Shown: positions 20,946 through 31,372 of the stretch, piece after piece
How positions within the stretch are numbered: position 1 is the stretch's first letter
Layout of the letters: every line of letters starts with the position of its first letter
Origin: Gammaproteobacteria bacterium
GTDB lineage: Bacteria > Pseudomonadota > Gammaproteobacteria > UBA4575
Assembly: GCA_965262455.1 (NCBI GenBank)
Contig: CBDHFH010000003.1
Location: 94,360 to 158,359, forward strand
DNA length: 64,000 nucleotides
Reading direction: 5' to 3'
Notes under the pieces: generated by a model
What the model was told of the DNA's origin: nothing
Database searches by the model: none
The model's input: only the letters and a program-made list of their open reading frames with translations
Position numbers and translations under genes: made by a program

Positions 20946-21751
20946 GATGGACTGAATTGTTTGAATGCGCCTTTGTTGGCTAACCATAATAGTAATGCAC
21001 CCGCCAATATCATTGGCAAACTCAGTAACTGCCCCATCGTTAGCCAATTAAATGCAATAAAGCCAAGATGATCATCGGGTTCACGTGCGAATTCCACAAC
21101 AAAGCGAAATACCCCATATAAAATTAAAAACCACCCAGACACTGACCCTGTTGCTTTGGGTTTAGAAGAATATATCCACAACACGACAAACATGACCAGG
21201 CCCTCTAAGAAGGCTTGATATAGTTGTGAAGGATGACGCGCCAATTGGTCGACCTGGGGAAAAATCATCCCCCATGGCGCATCTGTTTGACGCCCCCAAA
21301 GTTCACCGTTAATGAAGTTGCCAATGCGCCCAAAGCCCAATCCAGGTGGCACCAGAGGGGCAATAAAATCAGCCAGTGTGAAGAAACCCCATTGATGCTT
21401 GCGCTGATAAAGCCAAATGACAATTAATACACCAATAAGCCCACCGTGAAAGCTCATGCCGCCTTCCCAGATCCTAAACAAATAAATGGGATTATTTAAG
21501 AAGTGTTCAAAATTATAGAAAAACACTGAGCCTATACGCCCACCAATAATGACGCCCAACACTGCATAAAATAGAAAGTCACTGACTTGCTCAACCGCGA
21601 TAAAGCTGGTTGATTTTTTTGCGCGTCGTGTCCCCAAATACCAGAAAATGGCAAAGCCACACAAATACATAAACCCATACCAGCGCACAGCGAGTGGGCC
21701 GATTTGAAATATGATGGGATCGAATTCAGGGTGGACTAACATAGCGCGCAT
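20942..21751 (-). CDS. lgt: Prolipoprotein diacylglyceryl transferase
   Basis: 269 aa; Lgt signature ([28 protein letters not shown]). Confidence 0.9.
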   Translation of the reverse strand: MRAMLVHPEFDPIIFQIGPLAVRWYGFMYLCGFAIFWYLGTRRAKKSTSFIAVEQVSDFLFYAVLGVIIGGRIGSVFFYNFEHFLNNPIYLFRIWEGGMSFHGGLIGVLIVIWLYQRKHQWGFFTLADFIAPLVPPGLGFGRIGNFINGELWGRQTDAPWGMIFPQVDQLARHPSQLYQAFLEGLVMFVVLWIYSSKPKATGSVSGWFLILYGVFRFVVEFAREPDDHLGFIAFNWLTMGQLLSLPMILAGALLLWLANKGAFKQFSPS

Positions 21752-21877
21752 ATTAACATGCTGATTGAGTTATACAGCATGACAGTAAATGACTAATATA
21801 TAGTCTTACTAGTAGATAGTCTTATAGATTGTCTTAGTAAGATTCTCTACTCACCAGTAAACCACGACCACAGACTT

Positions 21878-23944
21878 ATGGCCAAAAACCAACTCAGTAA
21901 CGAAACCAGCCCATATTTATTGCAGCATGCGACGAACCCAGTGGAATGGTATCCGTGGGGTGAAACAGCACTAACCATGGCGGTACAGGAAAATAAGCCA
22001 ATATTATTATCGATAGGCTATTCAGCCTGTCACTGGTGTCATGTAATGGCACATGAGTCATTTGAGGACCCGCAAACGGCCGAGCTTATGAATAAGCTTT
22101 TCATTAACGTGAAAGTCGACCGAGAAGAACGTCCTGATATCGACAAAATATACCAAACGGCGCAGTTTTTATTAACGCAGCGCAATGGAGGCTGGCCTCT
22201 GACAATGTTTTTAACCCCGCACGACCGTGTGCCTTTTTTTGGTGGCACTTATTTCCCTGATGAAGCGCGCCATGGTCTGCCTGCATTCAAAGATTTGTTA
22301 ATCCATATTTCTAATACATACCAACAAAAAGCTTCAGATATAGAAAAGCAGAATCAATCACTTCAAGCGGTATTAAAAAATTTATATCAATCCAATCAAG
22401 TTACAGCAAATATCGCGCAAGACATTTTGTTACAGGCAAAAACTGAATTGTTAAACGCTTTTGATATGCAACATGGGGGATTTGGTAGCGCACCCAAATT
22501 CCCCCATCCAAGTAATCTAGAGCGCTTACTTCGCGACTGGCTTCGCAGCAAACAGGCAGGTGAAGAAGATAGCAATGCATTACACAGTGCAGTATTCACA
22601 CTAGAAAAAATGGCTGCGGGCGGATTATTTGACCATGTCAGCGGAGGATTTTATCGCTACTCTGTGGATGATTACTGGATGATTCCTCATTTTGAAAAAA
22701 TGCTGTATGACAACGGACCACTATTAAGCTTATATAGCCAGGCATTCCTGGCCACCGGCGAACAACGCTTCAAGTTCACTGCCATGGACACCGCCGAGTG
22801 GGTGATACGAGAGATGCAATCACCCGAGGGAGGGTATTATTCATCGTTAGATGCAGACTCAGAAGGCGAAGAAGGCAAATACTATATCTGGGAGCGTGAG
22901 CAACTAGAAGCATTGTTAGATGCAGACGACTATGCGCTTATTGAAGGTCGTTTTGGAATAGACCGCGGCCCAAATTTCGCCGACAAATTTCACCTGCATG
23001 AATATGTGTCCTTGAGTGAGTATGCCGAGCAGAGGCAGCTCTCTCTTGAACAATGTTATCAGCAGTGGATCGCGATTCGGGATAAACTATATCAACATCG
23101 ATCCAGCAGAGTCGCACCGGGCAGAGACGATAAAGTGCTCACCAGCTGGAATGCATTAATGATTAAGGCGATGTTAATCGCCAGCCGCGTGTTTAAACAG
23201 CAGAAATTTTTCGAGTCCGCATCACAGTCATTAACCTTCATTAAACAAAATATGTTTGTTAATGGCCGTCTTCTTGCCACATATAAAGATGGAACAGCAC
23301 ATTTAAATGCTTACTTAGACGACTATGCATTTTTGTTAGAGGCATTATTAGAAAATCTGCAAACGAAGTGGAACCAGGAATATTTACATTTTGCTATTCA
23401 AATTGCCGAAGTGTTACTCGATCAATTTGAAGATAAACAGCACGGCGGCTTTTACTTTACGTCACATGATCATGAGACTTTAATTCAACGCCCTAAAGTA
23501 TGTTCAGACGAAGCTACGCCTGCAGGTAATGGCATCGCTGCTTATAGCTTATTAAAGTTAGGTTATTTACTTAGCGAACCGAAATATATCCTTGCAGCAG
23601 AGCGCACATTAGAATCTGCAAGTCAAAAGATCAATGACACGCCTATGGTCCATGCTTCACTTCTCAAATGTTATGAGGAGCTTCAACACGCAGCTGAAAC
23701 AATCATCATCAGAGGTGATCTTGAATCAATCACAAACTGGCAACATGCGTGTCAAAAGCATTACATGCCTGGTCGTGAAGTTTATGCAATTCCTGCGAAT
23801 ACTAATGACTTACCTGAGGGACTCAACAGCAAATCATCTAAAGCCAGTGCAACGCTTGCCTACGTTTGTCAAGGCATGCAATGTCTAGCGCCTGTTGACT
23901 CGTTACAACAGCTTGAAGAATTCCTGAATATAAATAATAGGTAA
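21878..23944 (+). CDS. Thioredoxin-domain protein (DUF255/YyaL family; thioredoxin plus six-hairpin glycosidase-like fold)
   Basis: 688 aa; N-terminal thioredoxin-like CHWCH motif ([20 protein letters not shown]). Confidence 0.75.
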   Translation: MAKNQLSNETSPYLLQHATNPVEWYPWGETALTMAVQENKPILLSIGYSACHWCHVMAHESFEDPQTAELMNKLFINVKVDREERPDIDKIYQTAQFLLTQRNGGWPLTMFLTPHDRVPFFGGTYFPDEARHGLPAFKDLLIHISNTYQQKASDIEKQNQSLQAVLKNLYQSNQVTANIAQDILLQAKTELLNAFDMQHGGFGSAPKFPHPSNLERLLRDWLRSKQAGEEDSNALHSAVFTLEKMAAGGLFDHVSGGFYRYSVDDYWMIPHFEKMLYDNGPLLSLYSQAFLATGEQRFKFTAMDTAEWVIREMQSPEGGYYSSLDADSEGEEGKYYIWEREQLEALLDADDYALIEGRFGIDRGPNFADKFHLHEYVSLSEYAEQRQLSLEQCYQQWIAIRDKLYQHRSSRVAPGRDDKVLTSWNALMIKAMLIASRVFKQQKFFESASQSLTFIKQNMFVNGRLLATYKDGTAHLNAYLDDYAFLLEALLENLQTKWNQEYLHFAIQIAEVLLDQFEDKQHGGFYFTSHDHETLIQRPKVCSDEATPAGNGIAAYSLLKLGYLLSEPKYILAAERTLESASQKINDTPMVHASLLKCYEELQHAAETIIIRGDLESITNWQHACQKHYMPGREVYAIPANTNDLPEGLNSKSSKASATLAYVCQGMQCLAPVDSLQQLEEFLNINNR

Positions 23945-23951
23945 CGAACAG

Positions 23952-24452
23952 CTAGCCAAGCGCACTTAGTGCTGCATCATAATCAGGTTCTTCCGCAATT
24001 TCTCCTACTAGCTGGGTATAAACAACATCATTTTCAGTATCTAATACAACCACCGCCCTTGCTGTAATACCTGCTAACGGACCATCCTGAATGAGCACAC
24101 CATATTCTTCAGCAAAGCTCTTATCACGCATCATGGATAATGTAATCACGTTATCAACACTTTCACTGGTGCAAAAACGCGACATAGCAAATGGCAGATC
24201 TGCAGCGACGATTAATATCACTACATCATTTCTTTCTGATGCAAAATCGGCAAACTTTTTAGTAGAACTTGCACACACCGGTGTATCCAGACTAGGTACA
24301 ATACTAATCAATTTCTTCTTACCCACATACTCATCTAAACTAACATTTTTTAGGTCTTTATCGACGAGCACGAAGTCTGGCGCTTTCTCACCTATCGCAG
24401 GCAAGTCTCCATTAGTATGAATTTCATTTCCTTGTAACGTTATTGTTGCCAT
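23952..24452 (-). CDS. tpx: Thiol peroxidase (atypical 2-Cys peroxiredoxin)
   Basis: 166 aa; PDFVLVDKDL...VPSLDTPVCASS peroxidatic Cys context. Confidence 0.9.
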   Translation of the reverse strand: MATITLQGNEIHTNGDLPAIGEKAPDFVLVDKDLKNVSLDEYVGKKKLISIVPSLDTPVCASSTKKFADFASERNDVVILIVAADLPFAMSRFCTSESVDNVITLSMMRDKSFAEEYGVLIQDGPLAGITARAVVVLDTENDVVYTQLVGEIAEEPDYDAALSALG

Positions 24453-24482
24453 TTACTCCCCCGGAATTATTTACAATGTCGT

Positions 24483-24866
24483 TTAGTCGGCAGTTTGTGA
24501 AACGTAGCTATTATACTCATCTTGAGTCATTTTACCCTCAATTACATCGTCGTTTAGACACTTGATGCGTATAATCCAGCCTTGATCGTAAGGTGATTCA
24601 TTAATCAGCTCAGGCTCACTCACAAGTGCTTCATTGATTTGTATTATTTCACCTTGCACTGGACAAATAACATCTGATGCAGACTTAACCGATTCCACCA
24701 CCAGACACGCTTCACCAACTTGTGTGTTCGCCCCTACTTCAGGCAAATCAACAAACACAATATCGCCAAGCTGCTCTTGAGCAAACTCAGTGATTCCTAG
24801 CGAACACTGTTGATTTTCGTTCAGCGCTAGCCACACATGATGTTGTGTATAGATAATTTCAGACAT
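24483..24866 (-). CDS. gcvH: Glycine-cleavage H-protein-like lipoyl carrier (stand-alone)
   Basis: 127 aa; lipoyl-lysine context VESVKSASD. gcvT/gcvP are not adjacent. Confidence 0.65.
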   Translation of the reverse strand: MSEIIYTQHHVWLALNENQQCSLGITEFAQEQLGDIVFVDLPEVGANTQVGEACLVVESVKSASDVICPVQGEIIQINEALVSEPELINESPYDQGWIIRIKCLNDDVIEGKMTQDEYNSYVSQTAD

Positions 24867-24944
24867 GTATACTCATCGCACTATAGCTAAAATGTTAGGC
24901 AGCGATGATATAATAGAAACAAATTTCAAAACAGAAGTTAAGAT

Positions 24945-25388
24945 ATGCGCACACTATTATTTATTTGCCTGCCGATTATTTGTCTCTTCAGCTTGACCGC
25001 TTGCAATGAGACGCAGAACTCTCCTGTCACCATTGAAGGTGCTTGGATACGCGAAGCGCCGCCCAATGCAACTGCCATGGCTGGCTATATGACAATTAGC
25101 AACACGACCGATGAACACATCATTTTGCATAGCGCTAGTAGCCCGGCATTTAAAGCCATTGAGTTTCACCGCAGCGTAGAAAAAGATGGGGTATATCGAA
25201 TGATTCCACATTTACACCTGCACATAGCGGCTAACAGTACATTTGTGCTAGAGCCAGGTGATTATCATTTAATGTTATTCAACCCAGTCGAACCTCTAAA
25301 AGATGGAGACCAGGTCTCGCTGGCGTTGACATTTAGCCATGACCAAGTAGTTGAGACCAAGGTACCAGTCAAAAAAGCACAATTCTAG
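24945..25388 (+). CDS. Periplasmic copper chaperone PCu(A)C (DUF461) lipoprotein
   Basis: 147 aa; lipoprotein signal (LFSLTAC); metal-binding pattern H..M...M...GDYHLMLFNPVEPLKDGDQVSLALTF. Confidence 0.7.
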   Translation: MRTLLFICLPIICLFSLTACNETQNSPVTIEGAWIREAPPNATAMAGYMTISNTTDEHIILHSASSPAFKAIEFHRSVEKDGVYRMIPHLHLHIAANSTFVLEPGDYHLMLFNPVEPLKDGDQVSLALTFSHDQVVETKVPVKKAQF

Positions 25389-25424
25389 ATGTAGCATTGA
25401 TAAGGCAGGCAGTATACTCATAGC

Positions 25425-26120
25425 ATGAGTGATGAACCTGGCATTCTTTACACTGCCTTAAAATTAATTATCCAACTAGAGCCTGAGCTAGTTGAGATCG
25501 TGTTGCTATCTTTGAAGGTTAGTATCACCGCGGTAGTGATAGCAACATTTATCTCTATCCCTCTCGGTACTGTGCTGGGCGCATATAAATTTCCTGGACG
25601 CGATTTCATTACCGGTGTACTCAATGCGCTGATGGGACTTCCTCCAGTCGTTGTCGGCTTGGCACTTTATTTGCTGCTTTCACGTTCCGGCCCGCTAGGT
25701 AATTTAGAGCTATTATTTACCTCAGTGGCCATGATAATTGCTCAATGCATTCTCATCACACCCATCATAAGTTCACTGACACAACAAACCATTGAAGATC
25801 TTTTTAAACAGCATGCACTGCAGTTCAAAGCATTGGGGGCACCCACAAAACTGACTTTAATCCCTTTACTCAAAGATGCTAAAACCAGTTTATTCACCGC
25901 TATATTGGCTGGCTTTGGACGTGCTTCGGCTGAAGTCGGCGCAGTATTAATAGTCGGCGGCAATATAAATCATGTCACCCGCGTAATGACCACTACTATT
26001 GCACTGGAAACCAGCAAAGGTAATTTAGAATTAGCCATGGCACTGGGTATTATTTTGTTAACCATATCATTCTCTATCACGAGTCTGATGATTGTGATTC
26101 GCAAAGCCCATACAGAATAA
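25425..26120 (+). CDS. ABC transporter permease, ModB/TupB/CysTW-like anion-importer fold
   Basis: 231 aa, ~6 TM; conserved EAA-type segment GRASAEVGAVLIVGGNINHVTRVMTTTIALETSKGNLELAMALG resembling ModB/TupB. Confidence 0.7.
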   Translation: MSDEPGILYTALKLIIQLEPELVEIVLLSLKVSITAVVIATFISIPLGTVLGAYKFPGRDFITGVLNALMGLPPVVVGLALYLLLSRSGPLGNLELLFTSVAMIIAQCILITPIISSLTQQTIEDLFKQHALQFKALGAPTKLTLIPLLKDAKTSLFTAILAGFGRASAEVGAVLIVGGNINHVTRVMTTTIALETSKGNLELAMALGIILLTISFSITSLMIVIRKAHTE

Positions 26121-26124
26121 GTTA

Positions 26125-26853
26125 ATGAGCATTCAGCGTGATCATCAATTCTTACCTTTGAGCGTGAAAAACGTTTCATACTCAACACATGGCTTTCGCT
26201 TAATTAACGATTTCACTCTAGACATTAATGGCCCCGGTGTAAGTATTGTGCTCGGTCATAATGGCTCAGGAAAAAGTTTATTATTAAAACTGCTGCATGG
26301 CGTAATAAGCCCAAGTGCCGGTGCCATCCACTGGAATTCGCACAAACCTAATATTTATCAATACTGGCGGACATTTTTATTACAAAAACCAACATTCTTT
26401 AATCAATCAATTGCATTTAATATTGAATTTGTGTTGCGCATAGCGGGTATTGATAAAAGTGAACACCAGGCACGTTGCCAACAAGCACTGGACGTGTGTG
26501 GCTTAGCTGAGCTAGGCGAGCGTAATATAAAAACGTTATCAGGGGGAGAATTACAAAAAGCCTCTCTGGCTCGCGCATGGGTGCTTCAGCCCAGCGTAAT
26601 ACTACTGGATGAACCTACCGTCGCGCTTGATCCACCTTCAGTGATTAGCTTTGAAAAAATTATTCAGCAGTTTGCAGCCTCAGGCACAAAAATAATTATG
26701 ACCACACATGACCTCGCTCAAGCAAATCGCCTGGCAAACGAAATTATTTTTATCGACCAAGGGCAAATGATCGAACAGTCAGAAGCGGCAAAATTTTTTG
26801 CCGGCCCTGTGTCTGTTCAAGCGCAAAAGTTTATCAGTGGCGAACTCAGCTAA
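26125..26853 (+). CDS. ABC transporter ATP-binding protein
   Basis: 242 aa; Walker A GHNGSGKS, signature LSGGELQKASLAR, Walker B ILLLDEP. 4-bp gap after the permease. Confidence 0.8.
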   Translation: MSIQRDHQFLPLSVKNVSYSTHGFRLINDFTLDINGPGVSIVLGHNGSGKSLLLKLLHGVISPSAGAIHWNSHKPNIYQYWRTFLLQKPTFFNQSIAFNIEFVLRIAGIDKSEHQARCQQALDVCGLAELGERNIKTLSGGELQKASLARAWVLQPSVILLDEPTVALDPPSVISFEKIIQQFAASGTKIIMTTHDLAQANRLANEIIFIDQGQMIEQSEAAKFFAGPVSVQAQKFISGELS

Positions 26854-26910
26854 TGCCAAAACATGTCAGGAAAACAATCTTCAACTGTTTTTCCTGCTCA
26901 CATTAGCTGA

Positions 26911-27192
26911 CTAATCAGTGCGTGCAGTTACTTCTAGTAAATGGTACCCAAATTGAGTTTTCACTGGTCCTTGAACTTCATTGATTGGGGCACTGAATAC
27001 GACTTCATCAAACTCTTTAACCATCATGCCAGGACCGAATTCACCCAAATCTCCCCCCGAGGCGCCAGATGGGCACTTAGAATGTTGTTTTGCTACGTCG
27101 CCAAAATCGGTTCCATTGGCGATTTGATCTTTTAGTTCATTACATTGTTGCTCGCTTTCAACGAGAATATGTCTGGCGGTAGCCTTTGCCAT
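26911..27192 (-). CDS. ppiC: Peptidyl-prolyl cis-trans isomerase C (parvulin)
   Basis: Internal start MAKATARHILV...; parvulin motif SGGDLGEFGPGMMVKEFD, FGYHLLEV. Confidence 0.85.
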   Translation of the reverse strand: MAKATARHILVESEQQCNELKDQIANGTDFGDVAKQHSKCPSGASGGDLGEFGPGMMVKEFDEVVFSAPINEVQGPVKTQFGYHLLEVTARTD

Positions 27193-27251
27193 GTTGCTCT
27201 CCTGTGTATTAACTATCGATATATAGAACACTCTGAACCATCAGAGTTTCA

Positions 27252-27491
27252 TTATTCTTCTGCAGCTTCTTCACTGCTAGCCGCTTCATCGGCAGACGCT
27301 TCGTTGTTTTCTTCTGCTGCTTCTTCGACTGGTGCCGCTTTAGGCTCTGGGATAGTCACCAAGCCTGCTTGAGCAAGAATCTTGGCCTTGTCGTCACCAT
27401 TGATATATTTTTTATTCGCATCTCTAACAGCATAGCGACCTGAGCGTTTTTCAAAAATGGTATTGTCGCCGATAGACTTTACTTCTTTCAT
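27252..27491 (-). CDS. Hypothetical small protein with acidic Ala/Glu-rich tail
   Basis: ~80 aa; RBS aagga precedes the second ATG (MKEVKSIG...). C-terminal EEAAEENNEASADEAASSEEAAEE. No recognisable domain. Confidence 0.4.
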   Translation of the reverse strand: MKEVKSIGDNTIFEKRSGRYAVRDANKKYINGDDKAKILAQAGLVTIPEPKAAPVEEAAEENNEASADEAASSEEAAEE

Positions 27492-27642
27492 TTTCATTCC
27501 TTAATCGAAACTTTATTGGTTTAAAAAATTTACCTATACCTACTGAATATTTTGGCCGTCGATTCTAACTGATATTTACACACGAGAAATGTTTATGTAG
27601 TAATTGACGGTAAAAAAAGTGCTTATTGCTCATCAAATTTAA

Positions 27643-28839
27643 CTAGATTGGCACACCTAGCGCATGGCGCATAAATAGTAGTTTTAACGGCAGCACTTTA
27701 TCTGTCATGTTGACACCCACAGAACGCGCATGTTTAACCAAGCCACGTTGCTCCCTGAATAATGTATCAATTATCTCTAATGACTTCTGCATAATAATAT
27801 TTTCACTTTTACGCGCACGTTCATACTGACGCAACACGCGTCTGCTGCCTAGGGGCCTTTCAGAGGACTGTAGTAAATTGAATAGATGGTGCACATCAGC
27901 AAAGCCAAGATTCAACCCTAGGCCGGCCAAAGGGTGGACCACATGGGCTGCATCACCCAATAACACTACTCGGTGATCGATATACTGACTTGCTTGGGCA
28001 CCCTGCAACGGAAATGACTTTCGCACTGAGCACACAGACAGTTGTCCTAATTTATTCTCAAACGCCTGCGTGAGTTCAAGATTAAATTCTTGTTCGGTTA
28101 ATGCCATCAACTGCTGGCATTGTTGTTCGGGGACACTCCATACAACAGAGCACACATGATCATCCAATGGTAACAGCGCTAATGGTCCGACAGGCGTAAA
28201 ACATTGCCACGCTGTTTGCTGATGATCTTGCTCGGTATTGACGGTACATACCAAGCCTAATTGTTGATAGCGGGTTGTTACGCGGCTGGCACCTATACAT
28301 TCACGCACCATGGATTGTTGCCCATCTGCGCCCAAGACTAATTCAGCGCTTAAACGCTCACCTTCAGCTAATTCCATCAACATCGCTGTATCGGATATCG
28401 CTGATAGATGCTGCAAACCCTGCCGATCAAAGCGCTTAATGTTGTTACATTGATCGACTTTGTTATTCAACGCCGTCAACAGCACCTGATTTTCAACAAT
28501 CACGCCCAGCATAGGGTGCGTTGTATCCTGGCAATTGAAATTAATCAACGTCTCGGCTTGCTGTTCCCATACATGCATAGATTGATAAGGACAGACACGC
28601 ATGGCACGTATATCCCGCCAAACACCAATATGTGTTAATAATTCTATGCTCGCTAAATTAAGTGCACTTACACGCAAGCCATAATCATCCCCAGCTTGCC
28701 ACGGGGTGAAAGGCGTATGGTCGATCAGGGCCACACGTGTATATTGTTGCGCCAATAGCGTGGCTGCAGCCAATCCCACTGCACCAGCACCAACAATAGC
28801 CACATCGAATGGAGCAACGCTATTGACCAAACTGATCAC
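27643..28839 (-). CDS. ubiI: FAD-dependent ubiquinone-biosynthesis monooxygenase (UbiI/VisC-like)
   Basis: 398 aa; FAD fingerprint DVAIVGAGAVGLAAA, GDAAH..HPLAGLGLNLG. Follows ubiH as in E. coli. Confidence 0.8.
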   Translation of the reverse strand: MISLVNSVAPFDVAIVGAGAVGLAAATLLAQQYTRVALIDHTPFTPWQAGDDYGLRVSALNLASIELLTHIGVWRDIRAMRVCPYQSMHVWEQQAETLINFNCQDTTHPMLGVIVENQVLLTALNNKVDQCNNIKRFDRQGLQHLSAISDTAMLMELAEGERLSAELVLGADGQQSMVRECIGASRVTTRYQQLGLVCTVNTEQDHQQTAWQCFTPVGPLALLPLDDHVCSVVWSVPEQQCQQLMALTEQEFNLELTQAFENKLGQLSVCSVRKSFPLQGAQASQYIDHRVVLLGDAAHVVHPLAGLGLNLGFADVHHLFNLLQSSERPLGSRRVLRQYERARKSENIIMQKSLEIIDTLFREQRGLVKHARSVGVNMTDKVLPLKLLFMRHALGVPI

Positions 28840-30043
28840 CTTCCGGGCTTAGTAAATGGCGGGTTCCCATATTACGTCTCAACACGCTGCGTTGTGCCGC
28901 AGGAAGACTGCCTATCATGCGCACGCCTAGACCTCGCAGCAATTTTAACGGCCAAACCTGCGGGGCGAATAAACGTGTTAAGCCATCCGTTAAGCGCATA
29001 ACATGTTGCCGATCTGGCGTACGCTGTTGTTGATATTCAGCTAACATGTGTGGGTATTGTGCGGGATCAAACTTAAACTTTGTGAGCATATGTACCAATG
29101 TATGCACATCACGTAAGCCGAGGTTAAATCCTTGGGCCGCCACGGGATGCACAGTCTGGGCGGCATTACCTATCAGCACAGCTTGCTGACGTGTTAACTC
29201 ATCGCTGCTGGTCATTGCCAAAGGATAAGACGCTCGACGTCCCACAGCGATAAACTTACCTAAGCGATAGCCAAAGGCCTTCTGTAAGGCCTGTAAAAAT
29301 CGCGCATCATTCATTTGCATATAGTCGTCAACATGATTTTCATGCTGCGTCCAAATCAACGCGCAATGATTATCGTGGATCGGCAATACCGCTAATGGTC
29401 CATGCTGAGTGAAACGTTCATATGCCACATTATTGTGCGGCTTTTGCGTTTGCACATTAGTGATGATTGCGTTTTGATGATATTTCTTATGTGTCGCATA
29501 GATATTCAATAATTCACGTACTTTTGAATGTGTTCCATCTGCACCCACTAACAAACCTGCGGAAATATGTTTTGTTACGCCTTGATGTTGAATTTCTATT
29601 TGGTAGCCATTTGCCTGAGAGTGAATAACGTCGCACGTGGCAGGAGAGAGCACTGTAAGGTTATTTATTTGTGCGACTTCATCACTGAGTACTTTCATCA
29701 AATGATGATTAGGCACCATGTAGCCGATTGGTGCTATGCCATGATGATTCGCATCAATACGAGCACCTCCAAAATTACCTTGTTCAGAAATATCCAGGCG
29801 CTCAATCGCATTTGCCAATGTTGCTATTTTTGGCCAAACGCCGACTTGAGAAAACATTTTTTCAGAGCTACGTGTTAATCCCGTGGTCCTTAAATCGAGG
29901 ATATTATCGTGCAAGGCAGCGGATTCACTTTGCTCAAGCAGCAGCACCTTACACGGTGTGTTTGCCAACCCAACAGCCAGCGACATGCCCACCAGTCCAC
30001 CACCGACAATGACAATATCAAAATTTAATTCGGGGTTATGCAT
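28820..30043 (-). CDS. ubiH: 2-octaprenyl-6-methoxyphenol hydroxylase (FAD monooxygenase)
   Basis: 407 aa; FDIVIVGGGLVG, GNAAQTVHPVAAQGFNLG. Position between pepP and ubiI. Confidence 0.85.
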   Translation of the reverse strand: MHNPELNFDIVIVGGGLVGMSLAVGLANTPCKVLLLEQSESAALHDNILDLRTTGLTRSSEKMFSQVGVWPKIATLANAIERLDISEQGNFGGARIDANHHGIAPIGYMVPNHHLMKVLSDEVAQINNLTVLSPATCDVIHSQANGYQIEIQHQGVTKHISAGLLVGADGTHSKVRELLNIYATHKKYHQNAIITNVQTQKPHNNVAYERFTQHGPLAVLPIHDNHCALIWTQHENHVDDYMQMNDARFLQALQKAFGYRLGKFIAVGRRASYPLAMTSSDELTRQQAVLIGNAAQTVHPVAAQGFNLGLRDVHTLVHMLTKFKFDPAQYPHMLAEYQQQRTPDRQHVMRLTDGLTRLFAPQVWPLKLLRGLGVRMIGSLPAAQRSVLRRNMGTRHLLSPEGDQFGQ

Positions 30044-30061
30044 ATAGTGACAAGAGCTCTA

Positions 30062-31372
30062 CTAGTGTTGCGAGGACGCCATCCAATGTTCTATGTCATG
30101 CGCTTCTTTAATGAGCGCTTGCGTCAGCACTTCATTGCCATTGCGCGTTACACGCACATCATCTTCAATACGAATGCCGGTATCCCAGTAACGCTTAGGC
30201 ACACCTTTGGATTTTGCAGGAATATATATTCCCGGCTCAACCGTCAGGACCATACCTGGCTCAAACAAGCGCCATTGTTCTTCGATTTTATAATCCCCCA
30301 CATCATGCACATCCAGACCTAACCAATGTCCAGTACGGTGCATATAAAAACGTCGATACTCACCATCTTTAATCAATTGTGCAGGACGCCCTTTCAAAAT
30401 GCCTAACTTAACCATACCCCTGGTTAATACTTTTACCGCCGCATCATGTGGGTCATTCCAATGGTTACCCGGCTGCACTGCTTCTATGGCAGCATGTTGC
30501 GCCTTCAACACCAGGTTATACAGCTCTAATTGTGGCTCACTGAATTCGCCGCTCACCGGGAAAGTACGTGTAATATCACTGGCATAGCCGTGGTACTCTG
30601 CGCCTGCATCAATCAGCAGTAAATCGCCTTCGTTAAGTACACAGTTATTATCGGTATAGTGCAAAATACATCCGTTTTCACCGCCGCCTACAATTGAAGG
30701 ATAAGCAGTGTCACAGCCTGCTTTATTAAACTCGTACAATAACTCAGCTTCGACCTGATATTCATACATGCCAGGCTGACAGCTTTGCATCGCACGTCGA
30801 TGTCCCGCCATGGCGGCTTTGGCCGCTTTCTTCATGTAAGTAATTTCTACACCTGATTTAAACAGGCGCAATTCATGTAACAAATGCTCTAGGGCGATAA
30901 ATTCGTGCGGCGTATGAGAGCCTCCACGCCCTTTTTCGCGAATTTGGTTGACCCAACCAATGACGCGGTGATCGAACTCGGTATTAACACCCATGGTGTA
31001 AAATACACGTGCGCGTTGCTCTAGAATACCGGGAAGAATTTCATCAATGTCTCCGATTGGAAATGCATCGTCAGCACCATAGACTTCCATTGCACCCTTT
31101 TGACCAGCACGTCGTCCATTCCAGGTTTCCATTTCCATGTCACGTTCGCGACAAAACAATATGAATTGCGCCTGTTCTCGACCAGGCACCATAACGGCAA
31201 CTGATTCTGGTTCATGGAAACCTGTTAAGTACATAAAATCACTGTCTTGACGATAATCGAACTCAACATCTCGATTACGAACTTTTACAGTCGAGGCAGG
31301 CACAATCGCGATAGCATCTTGCCCCATCATGCGCATCAAATTTTTCCTGCGTTTAGCAAATTCTTTTTCCAA
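30062..31372 (-). CDS. pepP: Xaa-Pro aminopeptidase (aminopeptidase P)
   Basis: 436 aa; M24 metallopeptidase motifs (DAGAEYHGYASDITRT, HGTGHWLGLDVHD). Confidence 0.9.
   Translation of the reverse strand: MEKEFAKRRKNLMRMMGQDAIAIVPASTVKVRNRDVEFDYRQDSDFMYLTGFHEPESVAVMVPGREQAQFILFCRERDMEMETWNGRRAGQKGAMEVYGADDAFPIGDIDEILPGILEQRARVFYTMGVNTEFDHRVIGWVNQIREKGRGGSHTPHEFIALEHLLHELRLFKSGVEITYMKKAAKAAMAGHRRAMQSCQPGMYEYQVEAELLYEFNKAGCDTAYPSIVGGGENGCILHYTDNNCVLNEGDLLLIDAGAEYHGYASDITRTFPVSGEFSEPQLELYNLVLKAQHAAIEAVQPGNHWNDPHDAAVKVLTRGMVKLGILKGRPAQLIKDGEYRRFYMHRTGHWLGLDVHDVGDYKIEEQWRLFEPGMVLTVEPGIYIPAKSKGVPKRYWDTGIRIEDDVRVTRNGNEVLTQALIKEAHDIEHWMASSQH

Noticed and set aside
20946-21047. Extended N-terminus of thyA (298-aa ORF), and similar extensions for apaG (160 aa), rplM (162 aa), ppiC (106 aa) and the DsrE-like gene (158 aa)
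   Set aside because: Homologous proteins start at internal ATGs that give canonical lengths. The extensions overlap upstream genes or lack RBSs.
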